Of a stretch of 64,000 bases of DNA, positions 9,709-19,429 are shown one piece after another; the stretch's first letter is position 1, and every line of letters starts with the position of its first letter. Source of the DNA: Shigella phage JK32. The notes under the pieces are model-generated. The model was given only the letters and a program-made list of their open reading frames with translations, was not told the DNA's origin and ran no database searches. The position numbers were made by a program, and so were the translations under genes. Where the stretch lies: the sequence record MK962753.1; one strand, given 5' to 3'.

Positions 9709-11384
9709 ATGACACATTAACATCATTTCGCGGAATGCGTAAAGACGCAGAAAATGATCCGCTTGATAAATTAGAAAAATTGGACAAACTAGATTCTATT
9801 GATAATCTTCAAGCTGCAAGCGAATTGGTAGCAGAGACAGTAGAACAAAAATCTAATGAAGTTATTGGAGCGGTGGAGGATAACACCGCCGCCAACGAAT
9901 TAACGGCAGAAAACACACAATCAACTGCTGGTAATACTCAAAAAACCTATGAAGAATTGCAGAAGTTGAACAGCTTTTCTTCTCAGATGAATGAGAAATT
10001 ACGCGGTTTTGGTGTTATGATGGAACGTAGATTCAGCGTAGTTTCTAAGATCACCAGTGGTCTTGATGCAATTGAAAAGGCCATCAAGGATGAGAAACAG
10101 CCGGAACAAACTATGCCATCACCGCAACCAGTTTTGCCGAGTGTACCGGAACAACAAAATAACGATAACTACCCTACGTTACCTAAGAAGCCTAAAGACG
10201 ATAAGAAAAAGAAAGATAAGAACAGCGACCGTGACAATAATATGCAAATGCTAATAAAAGCGGTTCGCGGTGGATTTAAAGAGACTGTTGGTGTATCCAA
10301 CAAGATATTCTCTATGCTGTTTAAAATGACCGTAACTGCATTGCTGGAAGTTGCCAAATGGGGAGCTATTCTTCTGGGGATCGTTGTTGCTATTGATACT
10401 CTTATGATTCATTTTAGATACTGGAGCACGCAGTTTAACGAGAACTTTGGCGGGTTTATGAAGAAGGCCGGAGGATGGGGTACATCACTAACAAGTATTT
10501 TAGCTAGTGTTGACGCGATTAAAGATTTTTGGGCTAAAAAACAATATGGTGATCTAGTTTGGGAAATTGTTAAAGGCATCGGTAAATCATTAAAAGATGC
10601 ATTCTTCCAGTTAGATAAAATTGTCACTCAAGGCGTAGCGTCTGTATTGCGAACTATTCCTATGATGGGTGATGTTGCTGATACTATGGAATATAACGCG
10701 CTAAAACAAGCTAAAGAGCATGGTGGATATAAACTTACACCAGAAGAAAATAAACTTTATCTTCGTAAGAAAAAAGAAGAAGATATGGAAAAAGGTAAAC
10801 TTGCTAAAGCTAAATTAGCCGTTGAGAAATATAATCAGCCTTTGGGGATGCAAACAGAAATTTTGTTGTCGCCCGAAGAACAAAATGCTGTAGATAGATA
10901 TGAAGAATTGAAGTCTGTGAGTGAGGAAAAATATTTGCGTAGTGGTGCTATTACTAGCGATGCAGAATCTGACTTAAAAAGAAATATTTCTATGTTGGAT
11001 TCGCTTAAGCCAAACTTACATGACAAACAGATTGCCGAACTTGATGCTAATGTAAATGAATATCGATCTTTGGTTAATGATGACTCATTGCTTTCTACTG
11101 ATCGCAGAATGATTCAGGATCTGCTTAATCGTTATGACAAACTTCGTGCGGATAAAAACGCTAAGGTAACAGTAACCGCGCCTCCACCGGATGAAACCGA
11201 TACAGCAAAACAAGCAACGGCAATAGAACAGGGGCAATTACAGAATATCAGGAATGATAATTCTATTTCTAATACAGCCAACGTTGCAAACACGCAGATC
11301 TATAACAATAATAGAACGGTGCAGATAACACGGCCTCAAACTAGTACGCCTTCTCCCGGCCTATTACAGAAAGGAATAGTTTAA
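9705..11384 (+). CDS. 29: baseplate hub / tail length determinator gp29
   Basis: 559 aa; ATGA overlap with gp28; synteny and size. Confidence 0.7.
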   Translation: MNDTLTSFRGMRKDAENDPLDKLEKLDKLDSIDNLQAASELVAETVEQKSNEVIGAVEDNTAANELTAENTQSTAGNTQKTYEELQKLNSFSSQMNEKLRGFGVMMERRFSVVSKITSGLDAIEKAIKDEKQPEQTMPSPQPVLPSVPEQQNNDNYPTLPKKPKDDKKKKDKNSDRDNNMQMLIKAVRGGFKETVGVSNKIFSMLFKMTVTALLEVAKWGAILLGIVVAIDTLMIHFRYWSTQFNENFGGFMKKAGGWGTSLTSILASVDAIKDFWAKKQYGDLVWEIVKGIGKSLKDAFFQLDKIVTQGVASVLRTIPMMGDVADTMEYNALKQAKEHGGYKLTPEENKLYLRKKKEEDMEKGKLAKAKLAVEKYNQPLGMQTEILLSPEEQNAVDRYEELKSVSEEKYLRSGAITSDAESDLKRNISMLDSLKPNLHDKQIAELDANVNEYRSLVNDDSLLSTDRRMIQDLLNRYDKLRADKNAKVTVTAPPPDETDTAKQATAIEQGQLQNIRNDNSISNTANVANTQIYNNNRTVQITRPQTSTPSPGLLQKGIV

Positions 11385-11385
11385 T

Positions 11386-12432
11386 ATGAAAATTAAAATT
11401 TTGGATGATGCTAATGACGCCTTAAAAAAAGGCGTCAAAGCGTCTGCTGGGTTTACTCAAAAACAAGACAAGTCAACTTTAACCGCTCAATTTCCATCTG
11501 AACGAGCTAGCGGTAATGATTCGTCTGGTATATACATAAATGACCTTTATAGTAATGGCTTGTTGTTTACTGCCTATGATTATAGAGAACGTGTTACTAG
11601 TTCTCTTCGTGATTTTAGAAATGAGCACAGTACATTACGTGGATTTGGTGCGAATGGGAAAATAGGGTCAAAAGATTTTTATAAAACATCGTTTGACCGT
11701 GATGCTGTTGCTAATATCCTGCTTCCTCGTAGTCAATCAGATGTTGATGCGGTAAGTCACAAGTTTAATGATGTTGGTGAATCTCTCGTTACTCGTGGTG
11801 GTGGTACTATTTCTGGTGCATTATCTGCTATGGCATCGACCGCAGTATTTGGTGGTTTGGAAAGTTTGACAGGTGGTTATCTTGCGGATAAAAACGAGCA
11901 GATCTATAATACCGCTCGTAGTATGTATGCTGGGGCAGATCCTAGAACTAAAAACTACGTCTGGCACTTAACCCCACGTAGTATTGAAGACCTGCGAAAT
12001 ATCCTGATTATCTATGAAACGTTTGTAGAATTGTCTTATGGATCTAGTGGTATTTCCAGTACCGCAAAACAATTAAAAGCGGAAGTTGATGCATGGTATA
12101 AAAAGACAATTCTTTCTAAAACGGTTCCAGAAGGTGCTGATACAACGGGTACTGTATTTGAGGGAATAACTGACTTTTTGACAAACGTAACCACTGTGTC
12201 GAATCCTACTATATGGATGGTCTCAAATTTCGGTAAGAGATCTGCTTATGAGGGACGTAATGACTCTTTCGGACCAGCGCAGATCACTAACGTAAGACTT
12301 GATAAATCACCAGATGGTAAATTTGGTGGCCTGGCAATATCTCCTAACTTACCGAGTACCTTTGTTTTGGAAGTATCGTTTAGGGAGATTCTTACTCTTT
12401 CCCGTGGTACTGTATTTGGGAGTCAATTATAA
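11386..12432 (+). CDS. 48: baseplate-tail tube junction protein gp48
   Basis: 348 aa; synteny and size. Confidence 0.7.
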   Translation: MKIKILDDANDALKKGVKASAGFTQKQDKSTLTAQFPSERASGNDSSGIYINDLYSNGLLFTAYDYRERVTSSLRDFRNEHSTLRGFGANGKIGSKDFYKTSFDRDAVANILLPRSQSDVDAVSHKFNDVGESLVTRGGGTISGALSAMASTAVFGGLESLTGGYLADKNEQIYNTARSMYAGADPRTKNYVWHLTPRSIEDLRNILIIYETFVELSYGSSGISSTAKQLKAEVDAWYKKTILSKTVPEGADTTGTVFEGITDFLTNVTTVSNPTIWMVSNFGKRSAYEGRNDSFGPAQITNVRLDKSPDGKFGGLAISPNLPSTFVLEVSFREILTLSRGTVFGSQL

Positions 12433-13361
12433 TGTTTGATTTAAATGATTTCAACGAACAAGCCGCTAATCTAGACTTTCAGCGATCTAATCTATTTTCG
12501 GTGGCGTTTGCCACCGTTCCTAGTAGCAAGACACAGCAAATTCTAGAAAATTTTGGTGGTGCTATTCATGATATTATACCTGGTAAATTAAATGATTATT
12601 TTGGTATTACAGAGGGTGATTATACCGATGCCGTAACAAATTTGGCTATACATGGAGTGCGTAGAGCCGTTACATCGTCCGGTGTCAAAAAGTATCTTTT
12701 AGGTGCAATGTCATCCCGCGTAGTTCAATCTCTTCTGGGGCAATTTGAAGTTGGTACATATGTCATGGATTGGTTCAATATGGCATATAAGACAAGCGGT
12801 TTGATGGTATATGCTGTTAAAGTTCCAGAAAACCGATTGAGTTATGAAATGGACAGAAACCACAATGCGCCTAACATTAGAATTACTGGACGTGATTATG
12901 ACCCGTTGATTCTTAGCTTTAGAATGGACGCTAGCGCGTCTAATTACAGGGCGATGCAGGATTGGGTTAACTCAGTAGAAGACCCCGTTACAGGGCTTCG
13001 TGCGCTTCCTGTTGACGTTGAAGCAGATATTCAGGTCAACTTACATAACCGAATGGGAGTTCCTCACACGATCATGATGTTTAATGGTTGTGTTCCTGTT
13101 GGTGTGAGTTCCCCTGAATTAAGCTATGAAAATAACAACGAAATCACAACATTCGATGTTACTTTTGCGTATAGGACTATGCAAACTGGTGCTGTAGGAG
13201 AGCAAGCCGCGCGAGAATGGATTGAGGATAAGGCAATAAACCTGATTCAAAATACTATTGGTGATGGTACATCTGGATCGTTGACCGCTGCTGGTAGTGC
13301 GTTATCTCGCCTACAGGGTGTTGGTGGTAGGATAGTTAATTCTATTACTAGGTTGTTTTAA
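12432..13361 (+). CDS. 54: baseplate tail tube initiator gp54
   Basis: 309 aa; TAATG coupling to gp48; synteny and size. Confidence 0.7.
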   Translation: MFDLNDFNEQAANLDFQRSNLFSVAFATVPSSKTQQILENFGGAIHDIIPGKLNDYFGITEGDYTDAVTNLAIHGVRRAVTSSGVKKYLLGAMSSRVVQSLLGQFEVGTYVMDWFNMAYKTSGLMVYAVKVPENRLSYEMDRNHNAPNIRITGRDYDPLILSFRMDASASNYRAMQDWVNSVEDPVTGLRALPVDVEADIQVNLHNRMGVPHTIMMFNGCVPVGVSSPELSYENNNEITTFDVTFAYRTMQTGAVGEQAAREWIEDKAINLIQNTIGDGTSGSLTAAGSALSRLQGVGGRIVNSITRLF

Positions 13362-13365
13362 TGTT

Positions 13366-13388
13366 AAAAGGGGCATTGCGCCCCTTTT
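13366..13388. terminator. bidirectional rho-independent terminator between convergent genes
   Basis: AAAAGGGGCATTGCGCCCCTTTT hairpin with A/T runs on both sides. Confidence 0.65.
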
Positions 13389-13390
13389 AA

Positions 13391-13903
13391 TTAATTTAGT
13401 ATATCTTCACACTGTTTACGCAGTTTATACCGGTATTCTTTAGAACTCAGCAATTGAACTTTTTCATAATCTCCAGACTCATATGCACTTGACAGGTCGT
13501 CTTGATATGCTGCCTCTACCCCGATTCGACAAATGTCATATTTTCGTGCTTTCTTCAAGTCCAATTGTTCTCGCTCAAACTCTTTTCTTCTTTTCTCTAA
13601 ATCTTCCTGATAGCTCTTATTTCTGCGATCTATCTTATCTTGAATCTCTGCGATTCTTTGTTGTGCTTCTTGTGGTAGTCCTATACGCGCTGCTGCCTCA
13701 TCTTTTTTCTGTAGCATATCAATCACGCAATGTTCAGGGTCTTGATATACAAATTGCTTGACTTGCGAATGATTGTACCATTGAACACAATATTCTTCAA
13801 CTTGCTGTATTGATGCTGTTGCGACTCGATAATCTTTTAACCCAGCGCACCCATTAAGCATAGCCACTAAAGCCGCAAGACCAATCAGTTTAATAATTTT
13901 CAT
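13391..13903 (-). CDS. predicted lipoprotein with coiled-coil region
   Basis: 170 aa; signal peptide with lipobox LNGC; ATGA overlap with upstream ART paralog; SD GGTGAGGTGA. Confidence 0.7.
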   Translation of the reverse strand: MKIIKLIGLAALVAMLNGCAGLKDYRVATASIQQVEEYCVQWYNHSQVKQFVYQDPEHCVIDMLQKKDEAAARIGLPQEAQQRIAEIQDKIDRRNKSYQEDLEKRRKEFEREQLDLKKARKYDICRIGVEAAYQDDLSSAYESGDYEKVQLLSSKEYRYKLRKQCEDILN

Positions 13904-14733
13904 TTAGTCACCTCACCGAAAATTGTAAATTGTCTACGATTCTCATCGCCGAAGGATTCTACTACGTCGTTTACCTTTATGCAAGTCCCGCGCGGTAAAA
14001 TTACTTCACATTCGCAAGGATTCCACGCAATCGACCCAACAACAAAACCTTTATGATCTTTTACATCAATTACCCATGATACATTACAAGAATGTTGCAT
14101 CTTTCCGGTCATCGATTCATATCGATTCTCACAATAAAGGCTAGTGCTGTTTGAAAGCCATCCTCCAAAAATGATCGGTGTCATGCTGGTCGACACAAAG
14201 TTTTTAAAGGTAAATTCCTTATCTTCAATAATACGCTCTATTGTTTGAATGTCAAGATGTTGACCACGATAAAGAGTACCGTTTAACTTTTCGGTTTTAT
14301 CCATGACACAATCCATCAAATCGACAATCTCTGATATCTCGTCGGTCATGTCTTCCTCGCCTAAGAGAGCACCATTTACCCATTCGTATTGTTCAGACAC
14401 ATAATCACAGATTGCATTATATTCTGCTGGGGTTATGTTGTTATGTTTGTAATATTTGAATACATTATCTCCAAAATCTTCGGAGTGTACTTCATACATC
14501 ACATTAATGATTTTCTTGACAAATCCATAATCTTGTGTCTCTCGCTCAAGGAAGCGGATAATCTTCACATAATCATCAAAGTTAATCTGATCGCTGATCA
14601 TCTCAGTGATCATGTAACCATTAATCCCCTCAATGCCATATGTTTCGATGTAATTATCCATACGTTCCATCATTGATTCGCGTGAATCTTCTGAAAGACG
14701 AAAATCCTGTAATTGTTTGAACATTTTGAACAT
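13900..14733 (-). CDS. ADP-ribosyltransferase paralog (Alt/Mod-like ART domain)
   Basis: 277 aa; C-terminal region parallels Alt (FKNFVSTSM..IFGGW..ECEVILPRG) with R / S-T-S / E-x-E triad; SD GGGAGG. Confidence 0.7.
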   Translation of the reverse strand: MFKMFKQLQDFRLSEDSRESMMERMDNYIETYGIEGINGYMITEMISDQINFDDYVKIIRFLERETQDYGFVKKIINVMYEVHSEDFGDNVFKYYKHNNITPAEYNAICDYVSEQYEWVNGALLGEEDMTDEISEIVDLMDCVMDKTEKLNGTLYRGQHLDIQTIERIIEDKEFTFKNFVSTSMTPIIFGGWLSNSTSLYCENRYESMTGKMQHSCNVSWVIDVKDHKGFVVGSIAWNPCECEVILPRGTCIKVNDVVESFGDENRRQFTIFGEVTK

Positions 14734-14746
14734 TTTAAACCTCCCA

Positions 14747-14778
14747 TATAACAGAAAACGGGGCTAGTATAAAACTAG
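14747..14778 (-). terminator. rho-independent terminator after alt
   Basis: AAACGGGGCTAGTATAAAACTAGTCCCCGTTT hairpin with U-run on minus. Confidence 0.55.
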
Positions 14779-14811
14779 TCCCCGTTTGAGTCAACCATTA
14801 TTTCTTAAAAA

Positions 14812-16863
14812 TTACATTTTAAATTTATCTGGCATTGCGTCTACAGATACCAGATCAGCGATAAGCTGACGTAGAGTTGCCTTATCTGCTTTCTTACGTT
14901 CGGTTTTAGCTTCGGTAATAAAGCTGGAGAAAGACAGGTCAGAAGCAGGTTTAACAACACCTTCACGGATGAATGCATCACCGTCCGCGATCATCTCGCC
15001 AGATTCTTGTAATGCTGCCAGTTCATTTTTGTTCATAATATGTGCCTCAATGTAATAAGTTTCTTGTGAATCCGTCGATGCCGTAGCACGAGTTACCGTA
15101 TCAAAGGATAACACAACACCGCGAGGAAGTAAAATCTCGCATTCTTTGTAAGCAAATGCTTTGTTACCTACTGGCAATACGGGGATGTTTTCCGCGCCAG
15201 CAATGGAGAAAGCAACATTAGCGCCACCTTCACCGCGAGATCCAGCCATAGAATCTACACCAGCAACGGCACTAGCCACGTTTGCATTCCAGCCGCCAAA
15301 AATGTTAGGTGCAAGGGAAGTGCTCACATAGTTTTTAAAGTAAAACGCTTTTTGCTTACGTGCAGTTTCCCACATTTGCGACCGGAAGTCCATACCACGA
15401 TACAGAATAGTACCAGGATCAAGTTTAACGCCATAGTTGGAGAAGGCATTATCCAGTGCATCGCACATCTTGACCAATTCTTCTGGATCTGCGATGCCTT
15501 CAAACTCTTCCAGCTTACGGTCGGTTAGGAAGTTGTTCATATTGATGTATGCTGCATCGGCATATTCGCTCAACACAAAACCTTCCGCGCCCGGCAGATC
15601 AAGATCAATATCTGCCATCATTTCACCCATGTTGCTAGCAATTGCTTCAAACATACCGGAAGCAACATTACGTAGGGCATCGGTTTTAATCTGTGTGATG
15701 TGACTACGCAGCATTTCAGCTTTTACATCTGCTGGCATAGACTGGTCTACTCGATCCATTGCCAGGGCGGTGATCTTGTTTTCGAATACTTCCTCGCTCA
15801 TGATTTCTTTTAAGCGTTTGATTGATGCTGCGATAACTTCCGCAGACAACGGATCATATTGATCCTGAACTTTTACCAGTTCGCTTACTGCATATTTTGC
15901 ATCGGCTTCGCTTTCAAAAATAGTACGCATGAAACCATAGCGAGTGATAATATCACTTGTCCAGTCATTCAGAGAACGAGCGGTTGAACGTTCTAAGGCT
16001 TGACGATCAATCAGAGTATTAAACTGTTTCTTAGGTTCGGCTTCGGTGATATCTTCTTCTGGTTTAAGATTAATTTTTTCTGGATGATTCACGTAGTCGC
16101 TGTTATATGTCGCTTGAGTTTTCAGCATTTCTTCTTTAGTCAAACGAGATTTAGCCGCTACGCGTTGTTCCGCTTCCGCGTTTCGTTCTTCTTCTGACAC
16201 AAGACTAGCCGCATACGCCTCATCTTTAGTCAGAGATTCACCAGTAGCCTTAGATACCCAGCGATCACCTAAATCACTTTCTACTTTAGTGAACAAGGAT
16301 TCATCAAGTTTAATCCCTTTAATCTTATCAATCGCCATCCCGCGACGCTTGACAACAACTAAAGCGATCTTTTTGCTGGTCATTACTTCCTGCTGGAATA
16401 CTTCAAACTTCGGTGTACGACGCACCAAACGCTCTATAACGCGCTTAACCAGTTCGGTCTTACCTTTCATGCGGGATACGTTAAAACGGAACATAACAGC
16501 GTCTAATTGCGCTTTACGGGCTGTTTCCATAACCACATCAAAAGCACTTGCCATAACTGCAATCGGGTTATCGCCTAGACCATTTTTAAGCTGTACAATA
16601 CGACCGCTTTTGTTCATTTCGCACAGTACAACATGTGCGGTCTTGTCACCCATACGAATGATTTTAGGTGTTTTGTTGGTGAAGTTACAAAGACGGACAA
16701 TCACATCTTTATCGCGTGTCTGTACTGCAAAAAGCTGTTTAGGATTCTGCTTAGGCTTTAAGCACTGTACCGGAGCAATACTGCCAAAGTTTTCTTCCTC
16801 TTCCGTCAACAGCCATTTCTCGAAAGATTCAATCATTAGATCGTCGATTTCTAAGTTAAACAT
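14812..16863 (-). CDS. alt: Alt ADP-ribosyltransferase (injected RNA polymerase-modifying enzyme)
   Basis: 683 aa (T4 Alt 682 aa); ART motifs LYRG / STS / ECEILLPRG near C-terminus; position after gene 54. Confidence 0.8.
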   Translation of the reverse strand: MFNLEIDDLMIESFEKWLLTEEEENFGSIAPVQCLKPKQNPKQLFAVQTRDKDVIVRLCNFTNKTPKIIRMGDKTAHVVLCEMNKSGRIVQLKNGLGDNPIAVMASAFDVVMETARKAQLDAVMFRFNVSRMKGKTELVKRVIERLVRRTPKFEVFQQEVMTSKKIALVVVKRRGMAIDKIKGIKLDESLFTKVESDLGDRWVSKATGESLTKDEAYAASLVSEEERNAEAEQRVAAKSRLTKEEMLKTQATYNSDYVNHPEKINLKPEEDITEAEPKKQFNTLIDRQALERSTARSLNDWTSDIITRYGFMRTIFESEADAKYAVSELVKVQDQYDPLSAEVIAASIKRLKEIMSEEVFENKITALAMDRVDQSMPADVKAEMLRSHITQIKTDALRNVASGMFEAIASNMGEMMADIDLDLPGAEGFVLSEYADAAYINMNNFLTDRKLEEFEGIADPEELVKMCDALDNAFSNYGVKLDPGTILYRGMDFRSQMWETARKQKAFYFKNYVSTSLAPNIFGGWNANVASAVAGVDSMAGSRGEGGANVAFSIAGAENIPVLPVGNKAFAYKECEILLPRGVVLSFDTVTRATASTDSQETYYIEAHIMNKNELAALQESGEMIADGDAFIREGVVKPASDLSFSSFITEAKTERKKADKATLRQLIADLVSVDAMPDKFKM

Positions 16864-16904
16864 TTTATATCCTCTAGTTGATAACCTATAAACCTATATT
16901 TATG

Positions 16905-16930
16905 AAAAAGGGGCTTAACGCCCCCTTTTT
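16905..16930. terminator. bidirectional hairpin terminator
   Basis: AAAAAGGGGCTTAACGCCCCCTTTTT. Confidence 0.6.
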
Positions 16931-16931
16931 A

Positions 16932-17144
16932 TTATAATGCACCATCAAGCAATTGCTCTAAGGTGTATCCTGAATAGTCTTTTTCAATCAGGATATATTT
17001 TCCTACTCGTTTAATCCAACCGCGCATTTCAACGTATTCTGCGTAGTTGATGGTACGAGTTGTTCCATCTTCCAGTAATGCAGTACCGATTTCGTTGATG
17101 CGGTCATAAGTTACGTCGGTAATGATGATTTCGATGTTAGCCAT
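16932..17144 (-). CDS. hypothetical small protein (70 aa)
   Basis: ORF with SD AAGGAG; own early promoter upstream. Confidence 0.6.
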   Translation of the reverse strand: MANIEIIITDVTYDRINEIGTALLEDGTTRTINYAEYVEMRGWIKRVGKYILIEKDYSGYTLEQLLDGAL

Positions 17145-17180
17145 TTGATACTCCTTAGTAGTTCGTTTCGGTATGTGTGC

Positions 17181-17209
17181 ATTATAGGGGATCGATGATC
17201 CCCTGTCAA
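17181..17209 (-). promoter_or_regulatory. early promoter with palindromic spacer
   Basis: TTGACA, spacer GGGGATCATCGATCCCC (17 nt, perfect palindrome), TATAAT. Confidence 0.7.
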
Positions 17210-17216
17210 CAACTTT

Positions 17217-17735
17217 TTAGTTATTTTTTAATTGCTCATCTTGCAATAAAGCAATCACATGCTGGCGATGTTCTTCCGATTGAGGCACACCGAAAAAGTT
17301 TGTTTTGTAGAAATACTCTAATCGGTCTTCTCGTGTGCTCTCTTCCATCATGATCGCGGGTAGTCCGAGATTTCGGAAACGTCGCTTTTCTGCTGGCGTA
17401 AAATCGCTGTAATACAGCATAGAATCATCATTACCAGCAATGCTAAACTCATCCTTCATGAAGGAGAATATTGCGTTTAAACGCTGTTTACCGTCCACTA
17501 TTTCGATTTCATAGCGAGAGCCATCATCAATCTTAGCCATTGCGATAGCACCAACCGGAAAATCATTAATCAGGTTTTCGATAAACATACGTTTGTTTTC
17601 TGTGTCCCATACTAAAGGACGCTGATAATCTGGGTTCATGTTGATATAGCCATCTTCTAACCATGCATCATAAACAGAGATGACAAAGTTTTTAGTATTG
17701 GTATAGTAACGGCGTTTAGGCGTTAAACGGTTCAT
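17217..17735 (-). CDS. DUF262 / ParB-like nuclease-NTPase domain protein
   Basis: NPDYQRPLVWD ... IVDGKQRL motifs (DGQQR-type); ATG at 17735 with SD AGGAGA; last gene of a four-gene operon. Confidence 0.7.
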   Translation of the reverse strand: MNRLTPKRRYYTNTKNFVISVYDAWLEDGYINMNPDYQRPLVWDTENKRMFIENLINDFPVGAIAMAKIDDGSRYEIEIVDGKQRLNAIFSFMKDEFSIAGNDDSMLYYSDFTPAEKRRFRNLGLPAIMMEESTREDRLEYFYKTNFFGVPQSEEHRQHVIALLQDEQLKNN

Positions 17736-17736
17736 G

Positions 17737-18069
17737 TTATAGTCTCCTGAATGGATCATCACGTAAATCAATATCTTTTAAGAACTCATCCCATGAATGG
17801 CGGATATTGTTCTTAATTCTCCAGATAAGCGCAGGGATTGAACGCTCTCCCATCTGGAAGTAAGGATCATATGATCCGTATGCCCAATATGCTACTACAA
17901 TTCCACAATCAGCGCAATAGTATTCTATTTCACTTGCTGGCGACCAAAGTCCATCAATATGATCGGTGATCTTGCTTTCGATGTTATGGCTATGGCAATC
18001 AGGGCAACGGATGCAATGACCTTGTTTATCGTAATTTGACGTTAGCGAATACTTAAACAATCTCATCAT
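17737..18069 (-). CDS. small Cys/His-rich putative zinc-binding protein
   Basis: 110 aa with CxxC-x2-H and CxxC motifs; start overlaps stop of upstream gene. Confidence 0.6.
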   Translation of the reverse strand: MMRLFKYSLTSNYDKQGHCIRCPDCHSHNIESKITDHIDGLWSPASEIEYYCADCGIVVAYWAYGSYDPYFQMGERSIPALIWRIKNNIRHSWDEFLKDIDLRDDPFRRL

Positions 18070-18782
18070 AGATCCTTATTGGCTTCAAATACTGCCTTTG
18101 CGAATCCTCGCGGGGTAAGTGACCTGATAGTCTTTGTTCTGGTTCCTTTTCCGCCTAGCTTAGAATGCTGTTTGCTGTACCCTTTATTAATCGGCAACGG
18201 TTTCTTTTCTGGCATTATAAAGCCTTGTCCGGTCCATAAGCAAGTCTTTTTCGGGTACATATCACGGGAGGCAATATACTCAGGAAACGTAGGATGTATA
18301 TCATCTTCCGGCAAATAACCGCCATATTCCCACGGATGGAACATGTAATCAGGCTTACGCCACATACTAGAGATAACGCTTACAGGATTCTCTATCATGT
18401 AGGGAACTCCTAGCCATTCACCCAAATAAGCGGTTATTTTAGCTGCCCGTACATCATGAACTTGAATCAATGGTCCTTGCTCTCGTTTCTTTCGTTCAAA
18501 GTGTGCAGCGCCACTAACAGCTAAATTGGTGCACGGTGGGAATGCAAATATAATATCCGGTTTCCCCCATTCAAGGTCCATTGCTCTTTCCAGCCAGTTC
18601 AAATCAATCCATGTGTTTACATAGGTAATGTTTGGATGTTCAAATCGGGTATTATACTTTTTGTATGTGCCGTGGTCGCCATCGTCAGCATTAAAGCAGA
18701 TCACCTTATGACCTGCTTTAGCCCATTCTAGCCCCATTATCCCCGATCCGTCAAAGTTGCAGAATATTAATTTTTGTTTCAC
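18066..18782 (-). CDS. truncated C5-cytosine methyltransferase-like protein (SAM-dependent MTase core, no obvious target-recognition domain)
   Basis: 238 aa; motif I-like FDGSG, motif IV-like FPPCTNLAVSG, motif VI-like ENP in canonical order; GTG start overlapping upstream stop (GTGA). Confidence 0.55.
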   Translation of the reverse strand: MKQKLIFCNFDGSGIMGLEWAKAGHKVICFNADDGDHGTYKKYNTRFEHPNITYVNTWIDLNWLERAMDLEWGKPDIIFAFPPCTNLAVSGAAHFERKKREQGPLIQVHDVRAAKITAYLGEWLGVPYMIENPVSVISSMWRKPDYMFHPWEYGGYLPEDDIHPTFPEYIASRDMYPKKTCLWTGQGFIMPEKKPLPINKGYSKQHSKLGGKGTRTKTIRSLTPRGFAKAVFEANKDL

Positions 18783-19030
18783 GCTGCCCCCATTGGTTTG
18801 ATAGTAACAGAATCTAAAAGACCTTTGTTAGCCAGTTCGCGGCAAGTTTTCAGATCCGTAACTTCCCAGCCAGCCGCAATCAGGTTATCGATGAGGATGT
18901 TAGCAACTTCCTCGCTCATGAAAGAGCACTGTTTGCCGATGGTGTAGCGTACACGCTGTAATTTCAGTTTACGGAAGCCTTTAACGTTCAGGTCTTTAGC
19001 GATTTTCTTTGCGGTTTCGATGTTAGCCAT
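18779..19030 (-). CDS. hypothetical small protein (83 aa), first gene of operon
   Basis: SD GGAGAA; early promoter directly upstream. Confidence 0.6.
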   Translation of the reverse strand: MANIETAKKIAKDLNVKGFRKLKLQRVRYTIGKQCSFMSEEVANILIDNLIAAGWEVTDLKTCRELANKGLLDSVTIKPMGAA

Positions 19031-19070
19031 TGTTTGATTCTCCTAAGTAGTATCTCGTCTTGATGTGTGT

Positions 19071-19098
19071 AGTATAGGGGATCTCCCGATCCCCGTCA
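19071..19098 (-). promoter_or_regulatory. early promoter with palindromic spacer
   Basis: TTGACG, spacer GGGGATCGGGAGATCCCC-type palindrome, TATACT. Confidence 0.65.
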
Positions 19099-19114
19099 AC
19101 AACTTTTTTTAAAA

Positions 19115-19396
19115 TTATTCGTGATTAGTTTCGATGTTGTACATTTTGCACCAGTTCAGCCAATCGCCCAGATCTTGATAGTTGATGCTTTTATCTGCTG
19201 CCATCGTTTTTGTCTTGATACCCATATGTGCGTTATGAGTAAGCATTTTTACAGTGAACTCAATTTTATCGCCTTTAGCTTTAACATCAACCAGTTTGGT
19301 CCACTGGCTACCAGCGCCGCGAATGTTCATACCAACGATGTTTCCGATGTATGCTTCTTTGTTTTTCAGGATTTCGGTTGCTTTGATGAATTTCAT
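19115..19396 (-). CDS. hypothetical small protein (93 aa)
   Basis: ORF with SD GGAGAG; early promoter upstream. Confidence 0.6.
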   Translation of the reverse strand: MKFIKATEILKNKEAYIGNIVGMNIRGAGSQWTKLVDVKAKGDKIEFTVKMLTHNAHMGIKTKTMAADKSINYQDLGDWLNWCKMYNIETNHE

Positions 19397-19429
19397 TTTT
19401 GACTCTCCAGTTCGTTTCGGTATGGGTGT

